The notes under the pieces were generated by a model that was not told the DNA's origin, did not search any database, and was given only the letters and a program-made list of their open reading frames with translations. DNA of 35,384 bases. Origin: Butyrivibrio sp. GTDB taxonomy: Bacteria > Bacillota > Clostridia > Lachnospirales > Lachnospiraceae. This document shows, one piece after another, positions 1-6,931 of this stretch. The first letter of the stretch is position 1, and the number at the start of each line of letters is the position of its first letter. The DNA lies in the NCBI GenBank assembly GCA_045641925.1, contig JAZUHV010000177.1:1-35384 (forward strand), in the 5' to 3' direction. The position numbers were made by a program, and so were the translations under genes.

Positions 1-35
1 ACTTTGAGGGGTCACCTCAAGAGGACAGCCTTTTT
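1..35. repeat. Probable right half of a larger palindromic element/terminator downstream of degV, truncated by the window edge
   Basis: TTGAGG-ggtca-CCTCAA hairpin at 4-20, then GAGGACAGCC and a T-run (31-35). The GC-rich arm plus T-tract looks like the 3' arm of a terminator whose 5' arm is outside the window. Confidence 0.4.
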
Positions 36-50
36 ATTTATAAGATATAT

Positions 51-905
51 TTATTTTGCCATATAAGCCAGGGCAATTCCGCCAGGACCAATGTGTGTTC
101 CAATGGCACTGCCAATGGTAATGACTGGGAGTTCTCCGTCATATCCTTCATAAAGGGGGGCACTGTCTTCTACATATTTCTTTAAAAGATGATCGGACAA
201 ACCACTGTAAGCAAGTGAGAATGGCTTGGTAAAATCAATTCCGCCGGATTCTTTGATATAATTAATCAAAAAGTTGTTACCATTTTTAGAACCACGGGCT
301 TTTCCTTTGAATGCAATGGCACCATCTTCTACGGTGATAACCGGCTTGATGGAGAGGAGACCGCCAATAAAGGCAACGGTATTACTGATGCGACCGCCTT
401 TTTGGAGATATTCTAAGGTGTCTAACAGAGCAATGAGTCGAATCTGTTTCTTGTCCTGATCCAATTTCTTGGCAATTTCGAAGGCATTCATTCCCTGGTC
501 ACGGTATTCAAGTGCTAATTTAATCAGAATGATTTCACCGATGGTAACGTTCTCACTGTCGACTAAGGCAATGCGGTCTTCATATTCATCCGCGATGGCA
601 TTATAAGCACTCTGAAAACATCCGGAAAGCTTGGAGGATAAGGTGATGACGACTGCAGTGTCATCAGGACCAAGGTAACGCTCAAAGGCTTCCTTGTATT
701 GGAATGGAGTTAACTGGCTGGTCTGTGGCAATGTGTCTTCTTCAATGAGCTTTTTAAAAAATTCCTCATGAGTGAGTGTTACCCCATCATAATATTCTTC
801 CTCACCAAAACGCGTGGTGAGTGGAAGAACGTGAACGTTTTCAAGCTCGGCTGCTTTCTTCTGTGTCAAATCACAGGACGAGTCAACAATAATATGAATA
901 CTCAT
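51..905 (-). CDS. degV: DegV family fatty-acid-binding protein (FakB-like)
   Basis: 284 aa with DSSCDL, PQTSQ, LSSKLSGCFQSA, DS, LEYLQKGGRIS, LLSIKPVI and IGTHIGPG motifs typical of DegV/FakB; AAGGAGA RBS at 913-919. Confidence 0.93.
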   Translation of the reverse strand: MSIHIIVDSSCDLTQKKAAELENVHVLPLTTRFGEEEYYDGVTLTHEEFFKKLIEEDTLPQTSQLTPFQYKEAFERYLGPDDTAVVITLSSKLSGCFQSAYNAIADEYEDRIALVDSENVTIGEIILIKLALEYRDQGMNAFEIAKKLDQDKKQIRLIALLDTLEYLQKGGRISNTVAFIGGLLSIKPVITVEDGAIAFKGKARGSKNGNNFLINYIKESGGIDFTKPFSLAYSGLSDHLLKKYVEDSAPLYEGYDGELPVITIGSAIGTHIGPGGIALAYMAK

Positions 906-931
906 TGAAAGTTCTCCTTTAATACGATATG

Positions 932-950
932 TAGTTCACAAAGTAAACTA
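932..950. promoter_or_regulatory. Imperfect palindrome at the predicted degV transcription start, candidate repressor operator
   Basis: TAGTTCAC-AAA-GTAAACTA, 7/8 symmetric, immediately downstream (minus strand) of the -10 box. Confidence 0.45.
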
Positions 951-955
951 TCTGG

Positions 956-984
956 ATTATAAGAAATAATTTGTAGAGTGTCAA
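956..984 (-). promoter_or_regulatory. Sigma-A/70 promoter for degV
   Basis: Minus strand TTGACA (984-979), 17-bp spacer, TATAAT (961-956): perfect consensus. Confidence 0.85.
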
Positions 985-1045
985 CTCTTAGCACCTAAGT
1001 AATAAGGACCAGACCGAATTTATAAGTTTTTAGCTTGATTTTAAT

Positions 1046-1079
1046 AATGACTAAATTTTACTAGGTAAATTTAGTCATT
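1046..1079. promoter_or_regulatory. 13-bp perfect inverted repeat upstream of the GH36 promoter, candidate operator
   Basis: AATGACTAAATTT (1046-1058), TACTAGGT spacer, AAATTTAGTCATT (1067-1079); a third near-copy ATGGCTAAATTT at 1083-1094 lies just before the -35. Confidence 0.55.
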
Positions 1080-1097
1080 TTTATGGCTAAATTTATT

Positions 1098-1127
1098 TTG
1101 ACAATAGAGTAAAATCCAAATTATAAT
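1098..1127 (+). promoter_or_regulatory. Sigma-A/70 promoter for the GH36-LacI-esterase operon
   Basis: TTGACA (1098-1103), 18-bp spacer, TATAAT (1122-1127); AAGGAG RBS at 1159-1164. Confidence 0.8.
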
Positions 1128-1171
1128 GAAATCATAGGGTTATATTTATTGCATCAATAAGGAGATGTTAC

Positions 1172-3361
1172 ATGAAAATCAGTTATCAGGAAAATAGCAA
1201 ATCATTCAAACTAGACACAGACCATAGTAGTTATTTAATTGCCATCGTGGACGACGAGGGCTTTTTAGGTCATGTATATTATGGTCCAACCATCAGCGAT
1301 GAGAACTGTAATGATCTTTTACGTATTCACGAAAACCCATTCGTTCCATCGAAGAATGACCGCGATCGCAGCTCGTTTTTGGATGCATTTCCAACAGAAC
1401 TCCCAGGTAATCAGGTGGGCGATTATCGTGAAGGTGCTGTTGCTGTTCGCGATATCACCGGCCATGAGGCAGTGCAGTTTTTTTATAAGGACCACCGTAT
1501 TCATAATGGAAAGCCAGCGCTGAAAGGTTTGCCAGCAACCTTTGGTAGCGATGCGGACGTTATGACACTGGAGATTGATGTGATAGATCCTGTATTGCAG
1601 TTAGAGGGAACCTTATATTACAGCGTATTTGAGGGCTCTGATGCAATTGCCAGAAGTATTACGATTAAAAATAATGCTGAAAATGCGATTCATTTGACGA
1701 AACTGATGTCCATGAGTCTGGATATGGACCAGGAGGATTATCAACTTCTGACTCTGCATGGTTCCTGGGCAAGAGAACGTCAGATGGATTTTAGGGAGAT
1801 TGGCTATGGCTTCCAGGGGGTGCGTTCCACCCGCGGCGAGTCCTCTCATCAGGAACATCCATTCATGGCTTTGGTTTCAAAAAAAGCCACACAGGAAACC
1901 GGAAGTGTATATGGTTTCCACTTTGTATATTCAGGAAACTTCCTGGCGCAGGTGGAAAAGAACCAGTTTGATTCCCTGCGTGTGATGATGGGAATTCATC
2001 CGGATGGCTTTGATTTCTGTTTAGAAGCTGGACAGGAATTTGTAGCACCGGAAGTTATTTTGGCTTATTCCGCAAATGGTCTTGGCGGTATGAGCCGTAC
2101 TTATCATGATTTGTATCGTAATCATTTAATCAGAAGCCCATACAAGAATAAGAAGAGACCAATCCTGATTAATAACTGGGAAGCAACATATTTTAACTTT
2201 GATACACAGAAATTGATCGATATCGCCAAGGAAGCGAAAAAGGCAGGCATTGAGATGCTTGTTATGGATGATGGCTGGTTTGGCTATCGCAATGATGATA
2301 ATTCCAGTCTGGGGGACTGGAAGGTCAATGAAAACAAACTGCAGGGTGGCTTGCCTTATTTGGTAAGCGAGGTCAATAAAATCGGTATGAAATTCGGTAT
2401 CTGGTTTGAACCGGAAATGATTTCGCCGGATTCCGATCTGTATCGTGCACATCCGGATTGGGCTATCGCTATTACCGGTAGAGAACCTGTGAAGTCACGC
2501 AACCAGTACGTTCTGGATTTAACCCGTGAAGAGGTTGTGGATTATGTTTACGAGTGCGTTGCTTCTATTTTAAGAAGTGCAAACATTGAATATGTGAAGT
2601 GGGATATGAATCGCCAGCTCGCAGATTTGGGAAGCGTATATCTGGGACGCGAAAATCAGGGTGAACTGAGCCATCGTTATGTTTTGGCAGTATATGCTTT
2701 ACAGGAAAGACTTTGTAAGGAATTCCCAAATCTCTTATTGGAAAACTGTTCTGGAGGAGGCGCACGTTTTGATCCGGGCATGCTTTATTATAGTCCGCAG
2801 ATTTGGTGCTCCGATGATACCGATGCTATTGAAAGACTTGGCATTCAGGAGGGAACATCCCTGATTTATCCATTGTCCTCCATGGGAGCACATGTGTCCG
2901 ACTGTCCAAATCATACAGTTGGAAGAGTTACGCCGTTTGCAACCAGAGGTCATGTTGCACTGGCTGGTACCTTTGGTTATGAGCTGGATATTACCAAAAT
3001 TCCGGAAGCGGATCGTGCGATGATTCCACAGCAGGTGGAAATGTACCATAAATATAATGATCTGGTGCGAGAGGGCGATTATTACCGCATCGCCTCCTTC
3101 CGTGAAAATCACCAGTTTGACTGTTACGCAGTTGTTGCAAAGGATAAGTCAGAGGCGCTGGTTACCTTTGTGCAGGTGATGAATCGACCAAATCAGCACA
3201 GCAGACGTATTCGTCTGTCTGGATTAGATCCGAAAAAGCAGTATCATCTGGAAGGTGAGGAACGCTGCTATTATGGAGATACATTAATGAATGCGGGCAT
3301 CCAGGTGCAGAATCCATGGGGGGATTATACATCATTATTGATGCACTTTGTTGAAAAGTAG
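1172..3361 (+). CDS. aga: Alpha-galactosidase, glycoside hydrolase family 36
   Basis: 729 aa with NNWEATYF, DDGWFG, FGIWFEPEM, YVKWDMNR (nucleophile Asp), CSGGGARFD and WCSDDTD (acid/base Asp); no signal peptide. Confidence 0.95.
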   Translation: MKISYQENSKSFKLDTDHSSYLIAIVDDEGFLGHVYYGPTISDENCNDLLRIHENPFVPSKNDRDRSSFLDAFPTELPGNQVGDYREGAVAVRDITGHEAVQFFYKDHRIHNGKPALKGLPATFGSDADVMTLEIDVIDPVLQLEGTLYYSVFEGSDAIARSITIKNNAENAIHLTKLMSMSLDMDQEDYQLLTLHGSWARERQMDFREIGYGFQGVRSTRGESSHQEHPFMALVSKKATQETGSVYGFHFVYSGNFLAQVEKNQFDSLRVMMGIHPDGFDFCLEAGQEFVAPEVILAYSANGLGGMSRTYHDLYRNHLIRSPYKNKKRPILINNWEATYFNFDTQKLIDIAKEAKKAGIEMLVMDDGWFGYRNDDNSSLGDWKVNENKLQGGLPYLVSEVNKIGMKFGIWFEPEMISPDSDLYRAHPDWAIAITGREPVKSRNQYVLDLTREEVVDYVYECVASILRSANIEYVKWDMNRQLADLGSVYLGRENQGELSHRYVLAVYALQERLCKEFPNLLLENCSGGGARFDPGMLYYSPQIWCSDDTDAIERLGIQEGTSLIYPLSSMGAHVSDCPNHTVGRVTPFATRGHVALAGTFGYELDITKIPEADRAMIPQQVEMYHKYNDLVREGDYYRIASFRENHQFDCYAVVAKDKSEALVTFVQVMNRPNQHSRRIRLSGLDPKKQYHLEGEERCYYGDTLMNAGIQVQNPWGDYTSLLMHFVEK

Positions 3362-3374
3362 AGGGGTATGAAGA

Positions 3375-4397
3375 ATGGCAAAAGCAGTTAAACTGGCAGA
3401 CATTGCGGGTAGATTGGGCGTTAGCGTGGTTACCGTTTCCAAGGCATTGTCCGGCCAAAAGGGTGTAAGTGAGGAAATGCGCGAACGTATTAAGGCGCTC
3501 GCAGATGAACTGGGATATGTTCAACCGTCCGGAAATCGTAGAAAACGCGATGAAAAAAGTTATAACATCGGGATTCTGATCGAAGAAAGCTATCTGGAAA
3601 AGTATGCAAGCTTTTATTGGCAGATGTATCAGCAGGTAACAACCTTTGCATTAGAGCGCAGTAGCTTTACGATTTTGGAAGTGATTACGAAGCCTGTGGA
3701 ATATGCTCTGGACCTTCCGAAAGTAATAACGGAGGAACGTGTTAATAGTATTGTGGTTATTGGACAATTGAGTACGGAGTATTTACGTATGCTAACCCAG
3801 TCCACATCTTTACCGATTGTTTATATGGATTTTTCTGATGGTCAGCAGGATGTAGATGCAGTGGTTTCAGATAGCTTCTATGGTGCGTACTATTTGACAA
3901 ATTATTTGTTTTCGATGGGGCATCGGGACATCGCTTATGTGGGAACTTTATTGAGCACAGGTTCCATTACAGACCGTTATCTTGGTTATCATAAATGCAT
4001 GCTGGAGCATGGCGCGACTCCTCGTGAGGAGTGGAGAATTGATGATCGTCATCATGACAATGGTGAAATTGATGACAAAAATCTTTTGCAATTGCCAAAG
4101 GAGATGCCATCAGCGTTCTTTTGTAACTGCGACCTGACCGCAGGTAAGCTGATTAATAAATTACAGAGCCTGGGTTATCGCGTTCCAGAGGATATATCCG
4201 TTGTGGGATATGACAACTACATTTATCCAGGCCTTTGCGATGTGCGTATTACCACGTATGAAGTGGATTTTAAGGAAATGGCAAAGCGCGTGGTTACAAT
4301 CCTTTTAAGCAAACTAAACCATGAGGTATATGCTAAGGGCGTACACATTGTGGAGGGTCATGTTGTCATTAAGGACAGTGTTAAGAAACTGGATTAG
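3375..4397 (+). CDS. LacI/GalR family transcriptional regulator, probably the local regulator of the mannan locus
   Basis: N-terminal HTH (LADIAGRLGVSVVTVSKALS...LGY); C-terminal sugar-binding domain with GHRDIAYVG and RVPEDISVVGYD. Confidence 0.92.
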   Translation: MAKAVKLADIAGRLGVSVVTVSKALSGQKGVSEEMRERIKALADELGYVQPSGNRRKRDEKSYNIGILIEESYLEKYASFYWQMYQQVTTFALERSSFTILEVITKPVEYALDLPKVITEERVNSIVVIGQLSTEYLRMLTQSTSLPIVYMDFSDGQQDVDAVVSDSFYGAYYLTNYLFSMGHRDIAYVGTLLSTGSITDRYLGYHKCMLEHGATPREEWRIDDRHHDNGEIDDKNLLQLPKEMPSAFFCNCDLTAGKLINKLQSLGYRVPEDISVVGYDNYIYPGLCDVRITTYEVDFKEMAKRVVTILLSKLNHEVYAKGVHIVEGHVVIKDSVKKLD

Positions 4398-4413
4398 AAA
4401 GCAGGATAAATAA

Positions 4414-5676
4414 ATGAATAAAAAAAAGTGGATGGCGTTAGCGCTTGTAGGAGTAATGTCACTGGCAATGATTAATGGATGTGCAGCTTCTGGAGGCGTA
4501 TATACCGGTAATCATGATGCTGATGCTTCGAATTATCAAATCACTCCGGGGGCAACCCGTACTTCTTTTGTTACCGATCAGATGATGGCAGAAGCGGATG
4601 CCTGGCCGGAATCCGATGATACAGCCGTTGCCGCTGTACTAAAAAAACTGGAGGCAGGTGAACCGGTGACCATCGCAGCAATTGGCGGATCTATTACGCA
4701 GGGAACCATTGCACGAGGCTCCAAAGACGGAGAAGTTAAAAATGCCAATTGCTACGCGCAGATTTTCTTTGACTGGTTTAAGTGGGTATATCCGAATGCA
4801 GATATTGAGTATATCAATGCCGGTATCGGGGGAACGGACTCCTATTTGGGCGTACATCGCGCACAAGCGGATGTGCTCTCCCAAAAGCCGGACCTCGTTT
4901 TGATTGAATATGCGGTCAATGATGGTTCTAATGACTTTTTTCGCGCAAGCTATGAAAATCTGGTTCGCAATGTGATTTATGCAGAAAATCACCCTGCAAC
5001 GATTTTGCTGTTTATGTCTCAAACGAATGGCAATAATTCACAGGCGCAGCAGAGTGTGGTGGGAGCCAATTATAAGGTTCCGATGCTTAGCTATGCGAAT
5101 GTGATTGCCGGTTGTATGAAACGTGGAGAATATACTGCGGCAGAGCTTTCAGGAGATGGTGTCCATCCGTCGGCACTAGGCCATGCAATGACCGGTGAAA
5201 TTCTTTGGAATTATTTGAATGAGGTTTTGTCCAACGTGAATCGCTATGGAACATATACTGCGCAGGATATGGATCCACTTACCACAGACAAATACCGGAA
5301 TGCAACTATTTTAGATTCTGCCAGCATTGAACCAGCTGCAAATGAGGGATTTGTGCAGAATAAGGCGACCGCCTATTTTCCGAATGGCTGGGTGGCAAAG
5401 GAAAAGAGCGCATCCCTAACCTTTGAAGTAGAAGCACAAAATATTGGCCTTCTCTTTATGAAGACGGTTGATGGAAAATCTGGTCAAATTGAAGTCCTTG
5501 TAGACGGAGAAAAGAGCAGTAGCGTGAATGCGGATTTCTCCGGTGGCTGGGGCGATGCAATTGAAGGAAAGGAAGTTTATACTTCCGGAGAAACAAAAAA
5601 ACACATCATTGAGATTCGATTTGATGAAAACAGCAAGGGTGAAATATTTAAATTGCTGGGATTGCTAATTTCATAA
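4414..5676 (+). CDS. SGNH acetylesterase with C-terminal beta-sandwich, CE17-like (mannan O-acetylesterase), predicted lipoprotein
   Basis: SGNH blocks GGSITQG, NAGIGGTDS, EYAVND, DGVHPS; beta-rich C-terminal domain with DFSGGWG; signal peptide MNKKKW...AMINGC has a lipobox-like Cys. The SGNH call is strong; CE17 rests on recalled motif similarity and context. Confidence 0.75.
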   Translation: MNKKKWMALALVGVMSLAMINGCAASGGVYTGNHDADASNYQITPGATRTSFVTDQMMAEADAWPESDDTAVAAVLKKLEAGEPVTIAAIGGSITQGTIARGSKDGEVKNANCYAQIFFDWFKWVYPNADIEYINAGIGGTDSYLGVHRAQADVLSQKPDLVLIEYAVNDGSNDFFRASYENLVRNVIYAENHPATILLFMSQTNGNNSQAQQSVVGANYKVPMLSYANVIAGCMKRGEYTAAELSGDGVHPSALGHAMTGEILWNYLNEVLSNVNRYGTYTAQDMDPLTTDKYRNATILDSASIEPAANEGFVQNKATAYFPNGWVAKEKSASLTFEVEAQNIGLLFMKTVDGKSGQIEVLVDGEKSSSVNADFSGGWGDAIEGKEVYTSGETKKHIIEIRFDENSKGEIFKLLGLLIS

Positions 5677-5691
5677 TTTTTCGAAAAAATG

Positions 5692-5740
5692 ACGCAAGTT
5701 ACGAAAATATGGTACATTTTCGTAACTTGCGTTTCATTTT
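5692..5740 (+). terminator. Long inverted repeat, probable intrinsic terminator of the GH36-LacI-esterase operon
   Basis: ACGCAAGTTACGAAAAT (5692-5708), 7-nt loop, ATTTTCGTAACTTGCGT (5716-5732), then TTCATTTT. Confidence 0.7.
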
Positions 5741-5825
5741 ATAATGAAACAATCAATGGAGAATTTAACTTAAAAATTATTATATTTAAGCAATTCGGCG
5801 AAAAAGCATAAATATACAGCATTTT

Positions 5826-5858
5826 TTGTGCAGTGTGCACAAGATTGTAACGTTTTCA
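5826..5858. promoter_or_regulatory. Two adjacent operator-like sites upstream of the transporter operon
   Basis: Perfect TTGTGCA-GTG-TGCACAA (5826-5842) and a LacI/cre-like TTGTAACGTTTTCA with central CG (5845-5858). Confidence 0.5.
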
Positions 5859-5901
5859 TATCTCAAATTAACAAAAAATGCATACGAAAAGTGAAAAATG
5901 A

Positions 5902-5930
5902 TTGAAATGTTGACAGGTCTAATGTATAAT
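5902..5930 (+). promoter_or_regulatory. Candidate sigma-A promoter of the large transporter operon
   Basis: TTGAAA (5902-5907), 17-bp spacer, TATAAT (5925-5930). A second candidate is TTGACA (5955-5960), 16 bp, TAAGCT (5977-5982). Confidence 0.6.
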
Positions 5931-6127
5931 TTTTCTTGTGCAAATATATGTAATTTGACAAGAATTTAGGTAAAAATAAGCTAAAAAACTCATAATTTTA
6001 AACTAGTTTCCGTATTATATGACATTATGACTAAAAAATGACATGAAAAATAGGGCATATTTACTAGTTTGCGATGGAAAATTGGTTAATTTAGCGTTTT
6101 TACCATGTTAATGATTAGAGATTGGGC

Positions 6128-6931
6128 ATGAAAAAGTTTTTTTCTTATGATGGTCCGTTCCTCCGGGTACTCACAAAAATCGGAGAACTGATCATGCTGG
6201 ATATAATTTTTTTGGTATGCTGCATTCCGATTGTTACAATTGGCCCTGCAATCATCTCTCTGTATTACGCAGTAGTGAAGAATATCCGAAGGGATTGCGG
6301 AAATCCTGTCCGCGAATTCTTTTCCTCTATGAAGAGAGTGATTGGAAAAGGAATTTTGTACACCATAGTCATTGCACTATGGACTGCATTTTTGATTTGG
6401 GTCAGAGACTGGGGAATGACTAGTGAACATCAGGTAAAGGTTCCGGTTTACATTTGTGACTTCTTCTTGATTTTGACGGCGGCATTTACCTGTTACATAT
6501 TCCCGGTGCTATCGAGATTCTCGGTTGGCACATTTAAAACGATTTGCATGACGTTTATGATGAGCATTCGATACTTTTACTTCACGGTATTGATTGTTGG
6601 CTTGACTGGTATTCTTGGCTACCTGGTAGCGAGTGGAATCCTGCCTGCCCCATGCATTTTGTTTGTACCGTCCGTGTGGTGCTTTTTTGTTTCTTTCCCG
6701 ATGGAGGTGGCATTGCTTCATTACATGCCTGCCCCGGAAGAAGGAGAGGAAGCCTGGTACTATCCGACGAAGGATCCTGAAAAAGAAGCAAAGAAAGCGG
6801 AAAAACAGGAATTAAAGAAAAAACAACGTGAAGAGGCGCAGAAGATGCGCGAAAAAAGTCTTGCGGCAGAAAAAGCCGAGAAGATTAAGAAGCAAGAAGA
6901 GAGGAGAAACAAGCATGAAAAGAAAGCTTAA
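6128..6931 (+). CDS. DUF624/YesL family membrane protein with long charged C-terminal tail
   Basis: Typical N-terminus FFSYDGPF...FLVCCIPIVTIGPA...LYY; several hydrophobic segments; Lys/Glu-rich tail. ATG at 6128 preferred over TTG at 6122. Confidence 0.8.
   Translation: MKKFFSYDGPFLRVLTKIGELIMLDIIFLVCCIPIVTIGPAIISLYYAVVKNIRRDCGNPVREFFSSMKRVIGKGILYTIVIALWTAFLIWVRDWGMTSEHQVKVPVYICDFFLILTAAFTCYIFPVLSRFSVGTFKTICMTFMMSIRYFYFTVLIVGLTGILGYLVASGILPAPCILFVPSVWCFFVSFPMEVALLHYMPAPEEGEEAWYYPTKDPEKEAKKAEKQELKKKQREEAQKMREKSLAAEKAEKIKKQEERRNKHEKKA

Noticed and set aside
5910-5930. Apparent perfect TTGACA plus TATAAT promoter
   Set aside because: The spacer is only 9 bp; TTGAAA at 5902 gives the correct 17-bp spacing.
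6828-6914. 29-aa basic N-terminal extension of the large SBP in the ORF track
   Set aside because: It lies inside the DUF624 gene. GAGGAG precedes ATG 6915, which gives a proper signal peptide.
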